Shown in pieces: positions 27,412-37,633 of a stretch of DNA of 64,000 nucleotides; within the stretch, counting starts at the first letter, position 1; each line of letters begins with the position of its first letter. The stretch is from NCBI GenBank assembly GCA_038882955.1, contig JAVZNC010000003.1, positions 127,571 through 191,570 of the forward strand, read 5' to 3'. The DNA is from Candidatus Bathyarchaeia archaeon (GTDB taxonomy: Archaea; Thermoproteota; Bathyarchaeia; Bathyarchaeales; Bathycorpusculaceae). Under the pieces are notes generated by a model, which worked only from the letters and a program-made list of their open reading frames with translations, ran no database searches and was not told the DNA's origin. The translations under genes and the position numbers were made by a program.

Positions 27412-28935
27412 ATGCTTGAACTACGAGAACAAGAACACAAAACGCTGTTGACTCTGGAAAAACTCGAAGGGAAGGCTTCACTTGAACAAATAGTGAAGGA
27501 AAGCGTATTGCCAGACTCTGCAGTCATGCGCGCAGCCCTAACTCTGAAGGAAAAAGGACTCCTAAAAATCACGGAGGAAAAGCGAACAATTGCAACACTC
27601 ACAAGCGAAGGACTAGAGTACGCAAAGAAGGGGCTTCCAGAACGCAGAATCCTAAACGCACTTTACAGTTTAGGCGGAAAAGCCAAAATAGCGCAAATCG
27701 TAGAAAAAGCTGGAATTCCAGTCAAAGCCGTTCCTCTGGCTTTGGGTTGGATTATAAAAAAGAATTGGGCTGCTTTAAACAAGGAAAAGAACATATTGGC
27801 TTTAATAGAAGATACACGTGTAAAAAAGCCGCCGAAGGGTAGCGACGAAAAACTTTTGGAGCTTCTGGCGGACAAAGGCAGAATAATAATAGAAGAAGTT
27901 GAGAAAAGCCTTCAAGAGGCTGCAGATGTTCTAAAAAGACGCAAACTCTTGGAAACAAGAGAAAAGGTGCTCTACGAATTTAAAATTACAGATGAGGGAC
28001 GCAAACTGCTCAAAAAAGGCGTAAAAGCCGCAGAAGAAGTTACACAGCTCACGCCAGAACTAATAATGACTGGAAAATGGCGCCAAACAAAACTCCGAAA
28101 ATTCGACGTCACTGCACCTGGACCAGCGGTTTATCCAGGCAAGGTTCACCCGCTACAACAGATTATCCAACGCGCCCGCGAAATCTTCTTGGAAATGGGT
28201 TTCACGGAGATTCGCGGACCGCTTGTTGAAACTGCCTTCTGGAACTTTGATGCCCTATTTCAGCCGCAGGACCATCCAGCCAGAGAGATGATGGACACGT
28301 TTTACTTGGCTAGTCCAAATGCCGGCAGGCTGCCCTCAAAAGTTATCGTGGATGCAGTTGCGAAGGTGCATGAGAACGGTTGGACAACTGGTTCTAAGGG
28401 TTGGCGTTACAAGTGGAGCCACAAAGAAGCGCGTAGGCTTGTTTTGAGGACGCACACAACTGCTGAGACGATAAAGTATTTGGCAACACACAAGAAGCCG
28501 CCCATAAAAGTGTTTTCCGTGGACAGGGTTTACAGGAACGAGCAGGTAACATACAAACACTTGGCGGAGTTCCACCAAATTGAAGGCATAGTTGTCGGCG
28601 AGAAAGTTACACTTCGCGATTTAATGGGGACACTGAAAACCTTCTACGCAAAGTTTGGACTAGAAAAGATAGAGTTTTGGCCAAGCTACTTCCCATACAC
28701 TGAACCTTCAGCCCAAGCTGTGGCTTACCATCCCAAGCTTAAGCGTTGGATTGAACTCTGCGGAATGGGCATGTTCAGACCAGAAGTTCTAGCGCCGATG
28801 GGAATAAAGTATCCGGTTCTTGCGTGGGGAGGGGGACTTGAACGCTTAGCAATGATTGAGCTTGGCGTGGACGACATCAGAATGCTTTATGGAAACCGTT
28901 TAGACTGGATTAGGAGGACGCCCATATGCCTGTAA
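27412..28935 (+). CDS. pheS: Phenylalanyl-tRNA synthetase alpha subunit
   Basis: WNFDALFQPQDHPAREMMDTF, LRTHTT, YFPYTEPS, GLERLAM. Confidence 0.96.
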   Translation: MLELREQEHKTLLTLEKLEGKASLEQIVKESVLPDSAVMRAALTLKEKGLLKITEEKRTIATLTSEGLEYAKKGLPERRILNALYSLGGKAKIAQIVEKAGIPVKAVPLALGWIIKKNWAALNKEKNILALIEDTRVKKPPKGSDEKLLELLADKGRIIIEEVEKSLQEAADVLKRRKLLETREKVLYEFKITDEGRKLLKKGVKAAEEVTQLTPELIMTGKWRQTKLRKFDVTAPGPAVYPGKVHPLQQIIQRAREIFLEMGFTEIRGPLVETAFWNFDALFQPQDHPAREMMDTFYLASPNAGRLPSKVIVDAVAKVHENGWTTGSKGWRYKWSHKEARRLVLRTHTTAETIKYLATHKKPPIKVFSVDRVYRNEQVTYKHLAEFHQIEGIVVGEKVTLRDLMGTLKTFYAKFGLEKIEFWPSYFPYTEPSAQAVAYHPKLKRWIELCGMGMFRPEVLAPMGIKYPVLAWGGGLERLAMIELGVDDIRMLYGNRLDWIRRTPICL

Positions 28936-30587
28936 TCACGCTTAACGTGGGAAGATTCTCAAAATTCATGAACAGAAAAGTGACGGTTAAAGACTTGGTT
29001 GGATGGCTTCCATGGATAGGCTTTGACGTAGAGGAGACTGGCGAAGACTACGTTAAGGTTGAATACAACCCAAACCGCATTGACTATTGCAGCTACGCTG
29101 GGGTGGCAAGAGCGCTAAAAGGCTTTTTGGAAATTGAAACTGGAATGCCAAGGTACAAGACTGAAGAACCAAAAACCACGCTGATAATCGACGAGGCTGT
29201 TGCTGAAGTTAGACCATACATGCTTGCCGCCGTGGTTCGCAACATAAAACTCGACGAGGACGCGGTTGTCGAGCTTATGGAGATGCAAGAGGACTTGCAC
29301 TGGGGGCTTGGCAGAGACCGCAAAAAAGTTTCAATTGGAATACACAACCTCGACGTTATTAAGCCGCCGTTCACTTACACGGCTGTTGCGCCGGAAAGCG
29401 TCAAGTTTGTTCCTTTAGGAAAAACAGAAGAAATGAACTTGAAGGAAATTTTGGAAAGGCATGAGAAGGGCATAGCTTATAGGCATTTGATAGACTGGGC
29501 GCCGCGTTATCCACTGCTAATTGACAGTCAAAAAAATGTTCTTTCAATGCCTCCAATAATAAATGGAGAACTAACAAGAGTCAGCGCTGAAACGCAAAAT
29601 CTCTTTTTGGATGTTACTGGCATAAGTTTTGAGGCTGTCGAAAAGAGCCTAAACATTCTCGTTGCGGCTCTGGCCGATATGGGCGGAAAAATAGAGAAAG
29701 TAAACGTGAAAACCGCTGAAGGCACTATGGTTTCGCCAAGACTTGCGCCTGAAAAGATGCGTTTAAGGGTTGAATATGCGAATAGGCTTCTTGGATTGAA
29801 ACTTTCGGAAAAAGAAGCAATAAGATGCCTACAAAAATGCAGGTTGGACGCGGAAAAAGTCGGCAACGGAGCTTTGGAGGTGACGGTGCCGCCATACAGA
29901 GCCGACATATTACATGAGGTGGATTTGGTTGAGGAAGTAGCTATAGGATATGGCTATTATAGACTCAAACCGACAATACCCGCCGCCGTAACGGTTGGAG
30001 AACCGCATCCAGCACATGCGTTGGCGAATATTGCACGCCAAATAATGGTTGGCTTGGGCTTTTTGGAAATGATGAACTTCACGTTAACAAATGAACGAGT
30101 GCACTATCAAATGATGCACATAAAAGAGCAGAAACCAGTGAAACTTGCGAATCCGGTTTCAGCGGAATACTCCATAATGCGTCAGTGGCTCTTGCCGGGG
30201 CTTATGAAAAATCTAGCTGAAAATAAGCATGAGAGTTTCCCGCAACGGCTTTTTGAAGTTTCAGACGTAACGAGAATAAACGCGAAACTGGAAACAATGT
30301 GTGAACGAAGACTTCACCTTGCAGCGGTTTCGTCCCACGCCACAGCCAACTTCACAGAAATAAAATCCTTCACTGAATCTTTTCTCGCGAACATGGGACT
30401 GAAGAACTGGCAAATCAAAGCTGCAAAGCATCCAAGCTTCATAGAAGGCAGAACGGCAGCCATCCACGTAAAAGGCAAAAAGCGGGGCTTTCTAGGCGAA
30501 GTTCATCCAGAAGTTCTAAACAACTTCGAAATCGAAAATCCTACAGCAGCCTTCGAAATAGACTTGGAATGGTGCATTTTGGGCTAA
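28926..30587 (+). CDS. pheT: Phenylalanyl-tRNA synthetase beta subunit
   Basis: PNRID, SMPPIING, YRADILHEVDLVEEVAIGYGY, GEVHPEVL. Confidence 0.95.
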   Translation: MPVITLNVGRFSKFMNRKVTVKDLVGWLPWIGFDVEETGEDYVKVEYNPNRIDYCSYAGVARALKGFLEIETGMPRYKTEEPKTTLIIDEAVAEVRPYMLAAVVRNIKLDEDAVVELMEMQEDLHWGLGRDRKKVSIGIHNLDVIKPPFTYTAVAPESVKFVPLGKTEEMNLKEILERHEKGIAYRHLIDWAPRYPLLIDSQKNVLSMPPIINGELTRVSAETQNLFLDVTGISFEAVEKSLNILVAALADMGGKIEKVNVKTAEGTMVSPRLAPEKMRLRVEYANRLLGLKLSEKEAIRCLQKCRLDAEKVGNGALEVTVPPYRADILHEVDLVEEVAIGYGYYRLKPTIPAAVTVGEPHPAHALANIARQIMVGLGFLEMMNFTLTNERVHYQMMHIKEQKPVKLANPVSAEYSIMRQWLLPGLMKNLAENKHESFPQRLFEVSDVTRINAKLETMCERRLHLAAVSSHATANFTEIKSFTESFLANMGLKNWQIKAAKHPSFIEGRTAAIHVKGKKRGFLGEVHPEVLNNFEIENPTAAFEIDLEWCILG

Positions 30588-30625
30588 TTTCATAAACCGT
30601 ATTCATTGGTGTTATTCTAACAACA

Positions 30626-31816
30626 TTATTTTTTGCATGCTTGCGTACAAGATGCAAAATGTGCTTTACAAGTTTTAACTTTCCTTTTTCTGCATATTGC
30701 CACAGCCAAAAAAGCCAATGCCACAAATATTGTTAAGATTAGGTTTGTTTGGAATTCTGGAATCATGAATGGTAATTGTATTGTGACTTGCTGGTTTGCA
30801 GTCATGTTTACCTGTTGTTGTCCAGCGTTGGTTTCGTAGGTGGCTGTTACTGTATAGTTTCCAACGGGATATTCGCCTGTGGCGTTAACCATTTTCTCCA
30901 TTAATGTTAATCTTGCCCAACCATTTGTATCGGTTAGTTCGGAATCTGCAATTGAATTGTCTGGGTAATAGGCTGTTACGTTTGCGTCTGGAACATCTGC
31001 GCTGTTCGCGTCTATAACGTGTGTGTCTAGATACCAAAGTATGAAAAGTTGCGAACTGTCGTATAGGTTTCTCTCTGTGAAAGAGGAGTTCGTCAGCCAA
31101 ACTACAGTTTCATTGTATGCGTTAATTCTCTGAATCGTAGAATCCAAAACATGCTGTTGAGAACCATCGCGAGCAGCCAACGCTGTTAATGTGCACTCGT
31201 AAATCCAAGTAACTCCGCTTGCGTACGTGTTTGAAACAAAAATTTGACTGTTGTGGATGTGAATTTCTCCAGAATAAACATTCAAATCATTGATGGAAGA
31301 ATTAAAAATGAAAGTGCCGTTTCCGAATACGCTTAAGCCACGGGTGCTAAAGTTATAGAAACTTGCTGTGGAAACTGTTCCTATTGAAAGCCAACAGTAG
31401 GCTGTTGGTTGCGCTCCTACAAATTGAGAATCATAAACAATGGTTGAGCTGTTACTCCCCAGATTTATGGAATACTTGTAATTTGATATTATTGTTGTGT
31501 TTGTGACTTGTAATCGCGGAATCCCGTCAAGCGGGTTCCTCAAGGTCAAGTTATATTGCCAGTCACTAGACTGTGTAAAGTTCACCACGGCATCTCGTAG
31601 TATAAGCGTAGCGTTTTCTTCAACAATTACACTTCCATTTATATGAAAATCGCCCTCAATAACATAAACATCATTGCCCCCTAAAATTAGGTCTCCTTGA
31701 TAAGGAACCGCGCCCTCGTCTACAAGACCAGTATTTACGACTTGCGCATGAACAACGAAACATACAAGAAAAACTGAAATAAAAAGCAAAGCAAAAGAGG
31801 TTGCAGCAAACTTCAT
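30626..31816 (-). CDS. Secreted surface glycoprotein with PEF-CTERM-like anchor
   Basis: GGAGG Shine-Dalgarno and signal peptide at 31816; beta-helix-like core; TDTNG prealbumin-like domain; many NxS/T sequons; IPEF, TM helix and basic tail. Confidence 0.8.
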   Translation of the reverse strand: MKFAATSFALLFISVFLVCFVVHAQVVNTGLVDEGAVPYQGDLILGGNDVYVIEGDFHINGSVIVEENATLILRDAVVNFTQSSDWQYNLTLRNPLDGIPRLQVTNTTIISNYKYSINLGSNSSTIVYDSQFVGAQPTAYCWLSIGTVSTASFYNFSTRGLSVFGNGTFIFNSSINDLNVYSGEIHIHNSQIFVSNTYASGVTWIYECTLTALAARDGSQQHVLDSTIQRINAYNETVVWLTNSSFTERNLYDSSQLFILWYLDTHVIDANSADVPDANVTAYYPDNSIADSELTDTNGWARLTLMEKMVNATGEYPVGNYTVTATYETNAGQQQVNMTANQQVTIQLPFMIPEFQTNLILTIFVALAFLAVAICRKRKVKTCKAHFASCTQACKK

Positions 31817-32145
31817 ATACTTTCCTCCAAAGCCTACTTGCTTTAGTGCTTCTAACCTCCGCGACGTATCGAACGCGTTTATATAAATTTTCACTTATTT
31901 CTTTGTGAGTGTTACATTCATACACGCATAAGCCAAGTCACATGCGGACCAGCACAAGTATAATTGGACTCGCCAAAATTTCTAGGAGAGGGAGGGGGTA
32001 GAGAAAATAAGCTGAAAAACAGTCTTAAATTCCAACCAAAACTAAACAAACATGACCAGCACCAGCGGAAACAGCAACATTTAATTCCACAATAGCGAAA
32101 GACTATTTTGGCAATGACCACCAATTATGCGAGCCTAAATGCAAT

Positions 32146-32337
32146 CCCGCCGGCAACACCATGCAGACGGACCCAACAGAGGCAAAAAGCCATTGACAGC
32201 GGGTTTACCCAAGCATGGGACACGGTGGGCGCGGGCGCAAAAATCCCACGCCAGAGAGAGCTTAACAAAGAGGAGCGCACTGCTCCACAATGAAGTTAAG
32301 TGATAGGTAACGTGGGAAACAAACGCCCGCGAAACAA
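32146..32337. ncRNA. Candidate structured ncRNA (two long interrupted hairpins)
   Basis: CCCGCCG/CGGTGGG, CCATGC/GCATGG, ACCC/GGGT; then GCGGGCG/CGCCCGC, TCCCACG/CGTGGGA, GCTTAAC/GTTAAGT, GGAGC/GCTCC. Confidence 0.5.
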
Positions 32338-32385
32338 CTTTTAAGTTTGGCTTTTGCATTAGGGATGTAGAAGGCTTGATGAAGC

Positions 32386-33462
32386 TTGGACATAGAAACG
32401 AAGATTGATTTAGTTAAGAAACCGCCAACAGAAGAAATCCTAGTTGAGGAAGAGTTAAGGGAACTTTTCGAAACAAACGAGCATCCTGGACACTACATAG
32501 GCTTTGAAATTTCGGGTTTGCTGCACCTTGGAAACCTTGTCATTTCGGGATTTAAAATAAACGATTTCATAAAGGCTGGAATAAGATGCCAAGCGTATTT
32601 GGCGGATTGGCACAGCTTCATAAACGACAAGTTCGGAGGAGACTGGGAAAAAATCCTAAAAGCAGCAAAATACTACGAGAAAGCCTTCAAATTCTTCTGT
32701 CCAGGAGTCAAAGTCATTTCCGGCTCAGAGTTATACGGCAATAACCTTGAGTATTGGCGAAACGTCATAAAATTCTCCAAGCACATGACAATAGCGCGAA
32801 GCCTAAGATGCATGACAATAATGGGAAGAAGCGAACACGAAAAACTTGACTTAGCGCAGTATTTCTATCCGCCAATGCAGGCAGTGGACATAAAAGAGAT
32901 AGGCGCAGACATACCGCACGGCGGCATGGACCAGCGGAAAGCCCATGTTTTGGCGAGGGAAATCTTCCCAAAAATGGGATGGAAAAAACCAGTGGCTGTT
33001 CACCACCACTTGTTAATGGGAATAGCCAAGCCAATAGAACTTAAAACGAAGGACAAGCTGGAACAAGTTATCGCGAGCAAAATGAGCAAGTCGAAGCCTT
33101 GGACAGCCATATTCATCCACGACACGGAAGAGCAGATAAGGGAAAAACTGCGCAAGGCATGGTGCCCAGAAAAGGTTACGGAAATGAACCCCATCCTTGA
33201 AATAGTCAAATACATAATATTCCATGAAAACAAAACATTTCGCATAGAGCGCCCATCAAAATTCGGCGGCACAGCGGAATTCCAAAGCTATGAAGAGCTG
33301 GAAAAGGCTTATGGAAAAGGCGAGATGCACCCGCAAGACCTAAAAAACGCTGTGGCAAAGGAACTAGCAAAAATTCTTGAACCAGTAAGAAAGTACTTTG
33401 AAACAGACAAGGAAGCAAAGGAATGCCTAGAAGTCGTGAAAAAAGCTGAAATAACAAGGTAA
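32386..33462 (+). CDS. tyrS: Tyrosyl-tRNA synthetase
   Basis: YIGFEISGLLHLGN, YPPMQAVDI, GGMDQRKAH, KMSKS. Confidence 0.95.
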   Translation: MDIETKIDLVKKPPTEEILVEEELRELFETNEHPGHYIGFEISGLLHLGNLVISGFKINDFIKAGIRCQAYLADWHSFINDKFGGDWEKILKAAKYYEKAFKFFCPGVKVISGSELYGNNLEYWRNVIKFSKHMTIARSLRCMTIMGRSEHEKLDLAQYFYPPMQAVDIKEIGADIPHGGMDQRKAHVLAREIFPKMGWKKPVAVHHHLLMGIAKPIELKTKDKLEQVIASKMSKSKPWTAIFIHDTEEQIREKLRKAWCPEKVTEMNPILEIVKYIIFHENKTFRIERPSKFGGTAEFQSYEELEKAYGKGEMHPQDLKNAVAKELAKILEPVRKYFETDKEAKECLEVVKKAEITR

Positions 33463-33467
33463 AGGCT

Positions 33468-33881
33468 TTGTCCACACGCTTAAAAGAGAAAGAGGAAAAA
33501 ATCCTACAAATTTTGGAACAGATAAACGAGGAAGCAGCGAAGGGTAAACCAATAATTGTTGAGGGAAAAAGGGACATTGAAGCTTTGAAGCAGCTGGCAG
33601 TTGAAGGAAAAATTATAACGGCAAAAGCGGGCAAAACCCTTTTGGAACTTGTCGCTGAAATTGAGGGAACGGGCGCAAAGGAGGTTATTTTGTTATTGGA
33701 TTTTGATAGGCGTGGGAAGGAGTTAACTAAAATTTTGCGGCAACACTTGGAGAAGATGGGAATAAGGCTTAATGTTACGTTTTGGCTTGCGCTTTTGAAC
33801 ATCATAGGCAGAGAAGTGAGAGACGTTGAGGGTTTAGCCGCCTACATGGAAACATTAAAGAGTAAGATTTACAATTCATAA
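33468..33881 (+). CDS. Small TOPRIM-domain protein
   Basis: IIVEGKRD and LLDFDRRG. Confidence 0.85.
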   Translation: MSTRLKEKEEKILQILEQINEEAAKGKPIIVEGKRDIEALKQLAVEGKIITAKAGKTLLELVAEIEGTGAKEVILLLDFDRRGKELTKILRQHLEKMGIRLNVTFWLALLNIIGREVRDVEGLAAYMETLKSKIYNS

Positions 33882-33980
33882 ATGTAATATATAGCAGAGT
33901 TAACTAATCTGTGAAATGAGAGTTTGATTCTCTCATTACACGATTAAAGCTTAACAAAATAGGACATAACCCAGTCGGAG

Positions 33981-35132
33981 GTGACGCTTACGGGTTCATC
34001 GCAAACGTTTACCATAAAGTATGTAATACACGCAAAATTCGAAATAGAAGGAGTAGTTGAAAAGCCAGACGTAATAGGCGCAGTTTTCGGACAAACAGAA
34101 GGACTTTTCGGACCAGAACTCGACTTAAGAGAGTTGCAAAAATCTGGAAGAATCGGAAGAATAGAAATCGACCTACACTCAAAGAACGATAGAACAACTG
34201 GCACAATAACAATTCCAACAAGCCTAGACAGAGTTTCAACAGCCCTACTCGCAGCAAGCATAGAAAGCATAAACCGCGTCGGACCATGCGCCGCAAAAGT
34301 AACCCTAGAAAAAATTGAGGACGTAAGAGAAGCGCGAAGGAAGATGATTATTGACAGAGCTAAAGAAATTTTGCACAAATGGACCATTGAGGCAATGCCC
34401 TCCGTGGACGAGGTTTTCAAGGAGTTGGCTGAAACCCTAAAAGTTGCAAAAGTCGAGAAGTATGGACCAGAAGAGCTTTCAGCAGGACCAGAGGTAAACA
34501 GCGCAAAAGAGTTAATCCTAGTTGAGGGAAGAGCAGACGTAATAAACTTGATGCGTTGCGGACTGTTGAACGTTATAGCCATGGAAGGCGCGAAAGTTCC
34601 AGAAACAATAAAGAGGCTTTCAAAAGAGAAAGAAATAACCGCTTTCTTGGACGGGGACAGGGGCGGAGATTTAATCCTAAAAGAGCTGTTGCAAGTAACA
34701 GCCATAAAATATGTGGCTAGGGCGCCGCGAGGAAAAGAAGTTGAAGAGCTAAACTGCAAGGAAATTTTCGAGGCGTTAGAAGCAAAAGTTCCAGTTGAAG
34801 AACTTTCAAAACCCAGACGTGAAAAGCCAAGGGTTGAAGTGCCAAGCGGCATAGCCCAAATAATCAAAGGTTTAGAAGGAACTTTAGAGGCTGTGCTGCT
34901 AAACGAGAAGCTGGAGCAGATAGAACGCTTGCCAGTAAGCCAGCTAGCCGAAAAACTTCAGCAAGCAGAGGGCGTTGACACGGTTGTTTTTGACGGCATA
35001 ATAACACAGCGGATAGTGGATTTGGCGGGCGAAAAGGGCATAAAAAACATAATAGCTTCAAGAATATCAGAAGCCGTGAAGCCGCCGCTAAACGTACAAT
35101 TACTAACATTCGCGGAAATTTCTGAAGCCTAG
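33981..35132 (+). CDS. dnaG: Archaeal DnaG (primase-like, exosome-associated)
   Basis: KPDVIGAVFGQTEGLFG, VEGRADV, FLDGDRGG, FDGIITQR. Confidence 0.95.
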   Translation: MTLTGSSQTFTIKYVIHAKFEIEGVVEKPDVIGAVFGQTEGLFGPELDLRELQKSGRIGRIEIDLHSKNDRTTGTITIPTSLDRVSTALLAASIESINRVGPCAAKVTLEKIEDVREARRKMIIDRAKEILHKWTIEAMPSVDEVFKELAETLKVAKVEKYGPEELSAGPEVNSAKELILVEGRADVINLMRCGLLNVIAMEGAKVPETIKRLSKEKEITAFLDGDRGGDLILKELLQVTAIKYVARAPRGKEVEELNCKEIFEALEAKVPVEELSKPRREKPRVEVPSGIAQIIKGLEGTLEAVLLNEKLEQIERLPVSQLAEKLQQAEGVDTVVFDGIITQRIVDLAGEKGIKNIIASRISEAVKPPLNVQLLTFAEISEA

Positions 35133-37519
35133 CTTCCAAAGAAGTCTGTGAGTTTTCGTGTTTCCCGCTCTTTTTCCTCAGCCTTAAAAGTGAGCAACTG
35201 TTCCTCTGTTATTCCGAAGCTTTCTAGGACTCTGGCTGCTGCTGGAACAATCTGTTTTGAAACGTAGTATTCTATGTCGATTTCGTTGTATGTCGCAAAC
35301 ATGTATGGCTTAACCCTTTCATACAGTCGTCCAGAACCAACAACAGCCACATAGCCAACCTTGTCGCCTACGGTTAGTTTCCAACCCTTCTCCATGAGCA
35401 TCTTCGCAGCTTCAACATGCGAAGCCTTAACCTCATACTCCTCAACAGGCTTCGTTAACGTTTTCCATATTATTAAATCGCGGTAGGGCACGCGCCTCTG
35501 CCTAAGCTCATAAATGTACTGGCGAACAAAATCCGCCGCTTTCTTGGGCGACTGTTCCTTCAAGATTATTTCTAGGACTTTTTCCTGCACTTTCTTGGCT
35601 ATTGCAGCCCAGTCTCCGCGGATAACCTCCAAACCGACAATGTCAAGTTTTCCGTCGGGCAAGAGCCCCGCATACCGCTTTTTGGCTTCGGTGAAGAAAA
35701 TCCTCACATAAACTTTGTCCGGTTTAATTTCTAAACCTATCTCTTTCTCAATCGCTCTTGAAAACTTTTCAATTTTATCTGCTTCATGCCGCACAAAAAT
35801 GCTGTCCGTATCCCCATAAACAACCTTTAAACCCAACTTTTCAGCAATCTCAATAGCCCGCATAATCGTGTGTCTACCCCAAGCCGTCGCCGCCTCAGCA
35901 ACGGGCTTAATGTACCATCTTGCGCCTATCCAACCAGCATAGCCATAAGAAGCGTTGGTGATTACTTTCACGGCTTTTTGACGTGCATCCAAAACGCGGT
36001 ATTCAACACTTTCTGGAGCAGCAACCTTCATCTTGGCGCGTATCTCATCCCTAACGCTGATGAGACGCGAAAGAACCTCCTTATAAAAGCCAGAAGGCTC
36101 TTTGCGGAACCTATGCCTAACTTCTGGGGCTTCATAAACACCGCATGGCGGCACCGGCTCTTTTGGAGCCACGTAGGTGTCTGGCGAAAGATTATAGGCT
36201 ATCATAAGGTTTGGATACATGCTCTTAAAGTCCAGAACAGCAATGTTCTCATGAAGCCCAGATTCGGGCTTAAGCACAATAGCGCCAGCATACGGGCGAT
36301 ATGGCTGCTCAACCCTTTTAGGCACGAGCTCACCTATTTTCTGCGCATGCTTAATCAAGAACCATTCAACCCTGAAGCCCACGGCTGCAGTTCCAACATG
36401 GTCAAGCGGCAAACCCACAAGGTTTGAAAATTGCATGGCAAAGTCCAAAATTGCTTTGGCTATGCCCATTATGCAACGAGTGTTTTCCATGGAAAAACGC
36501 TTTAAAGCTTCACGCTTTGTTTTGCTGTCCCAGTAATCGGCAAAATCAACATCATCAATTAGGGTGCGCTCCTCAATTTTCATGACACCCAAATAGTCGG
36601 CTAGATTCTCAAGTGTCTTAACTTTAACATCTGGAAACTCATCGGCAAAATCAAAAAGGTCTATGTTGGCTCTTCCGGTAATGGAAACATGACCATAAAC
36701 GCTTGTGTGCGGTTCAGTGCCAACCCTATCCACATGGAGCCTCAAACCGAGCCTCTTACAACGTTCGTTAAGGTATTGCCAATCGACGCTGTTCACGCCG
36801 TAACCAACAATAATGTCTGGGTCAAACGCTTTAACATAATTTACAAAGGCTTCGAGAACCAGCTTGTCATTCTTGTCTTCACCAGCCAAAAACTGCCTTT
36901 CTTCGCCAGTGTTTGTCGCTGTCGAAATTATTACAACGGGGTTTCTGTCGGGTTTCGGCGAACCTTCTCGGCTGTAGCATATTGTTGAAAAACCAAAAAT
37001 TTTCAAGTCTGGAATTTCTTCTTTCTCAACAAGTTTTGGCGTGGATTCAGCCAAGTAAACTCTGTCCACACTAACGCCTAAAGTGTTTTTCTCCTCAACA
37101 GCTTCCACCTCGTGCCAGCCACACGGAACCACACCGTTGTCAATCAAGTAGCGCATCGAAAAGCGAATATCATCTTCGAGGCAATCCTTTACGCCTTCGA
37201 GCTTTCGAATCTCACGGGCATACTTTGGTATAACATCGGGATTCACGCAATAAACCTTCAAAGCTTTCACGGGCTTACCGAAAAACTTCCGCTCAACAAC
37301 CTCTAACCTGGCGATTAACGGAAAACGTTTCTTATCAATTTCTTTAACAACAACCTTTGGGTCAACGTTCTCCTCAACCACAGCGTAAAAATAGCCAACA
37401 AAATTCCTATCGATTAGAAGCACACGCTCTCCAGAGACGCTGATGCCCCAAATCCAAATTTCGGGAACCTCATTCTTAACCTCGTAATTCACGTCCAAAA
37501 GCCAAAAAGTCACTTTCAA
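35129..37519 (-). CDS. polB: Family B DNA polymerase (PolB3-like), exonuclease motifs degenerate
   Basis: DFKSMYP, KVITNASYGY, YGDTDS and KKRYAG intact. Start moved to TTG 37519. Confidence 0.93.
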   Translation of the reverse strand: MKVTFWLLDVNYEVKNEVPEIWIWGISVSGERVLLIDRNFVGYFYAVVEENVDPKVVVKEIDKKRFPLIARLEVVERKFFGKPVKALKVYCVNPDVIPKYAREIRKLEGVKDCLEDDIRFSMRYLIDNGVVPCGWHEVEAVEEKNTLGVSVDRVYLAESTPKLVEKEEIPDLKIFGFSTICYSREGSPKPDRNPVVIISTATNTGEERQFLAGEDKNDKLVLEAFVNYVKAFDPDIIVGYGVNSVDWQYLNERCKRLGLRLHVDRVGTEPHTSVYGHVSITGRANIDLFDFADEFPDVKVKTLENLADYLGVMKIEERTLIDDVDFADYWDSKTKREALKRFSMENTRCIMGIAKAILDFAMQFSNLVGLPLDHVGTAAVGFRVEWFLIKHAQKIGELVPKRVEQPYRPYAGAIVLKPESGLHENIAVLDFKSMYPNLMIAYNLSPDTYVAPKEPVPPCGVYEAPEVRHRFRKEPSGFYKEVLSRLISVRDEIRAKMKVAAPESVEYRVLDARQKAVKVITNASYGYAGWIGARWYIKPVAEAATAWGRHTIMRAIEIAEKLGLKVVYGDTDSIFVRHEADKIEKFSRAIEKEIGLEIKPDKVYVRIFFTEAKKRYAGLLPDGKLDIVGLEVIRGDWAAIAKKVQEKVLEIILKEQSPKKAADFVRQYIYELRQRRVPYRDLIIWKTLTKPVEEYEVKASHVEAAKMLMEKGWKLTVGDKVGYVAVVGSGRLYERVKPYMFATYNEIDIEYYVSKQIVPAAARVLESFGITEEQLLTFKAEEKERETRKLTDFFGS

Positions 37520-37633
37520 AGTTGCATCGCCCAAAAAAGATAGTGGGCAAAGCAGTCTTTTAACATTTTTTAGAAACCGTTGCAAAAATGAGTTATATTT
37601 AACATCCACAACGGTAAATACAAATAAAATGGG

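Noticed and set aside
32146-32337. SRP (7S) RNA
   Set aside because: No helix 8 GGAA/AGCA signature and too short.
33944-34867. 307-aa antisense ORF, and similar shadow ORFs (20632-21189, 22796-23372, 33206-33805, 35870-36427)
   Set aside because: They lie opposite well-supported genes and have no motifs of their own.
35129-37519. Intein in PolB
   Set aside because: Length (~796 aa) and motif spacing are normal, with no intein termini.
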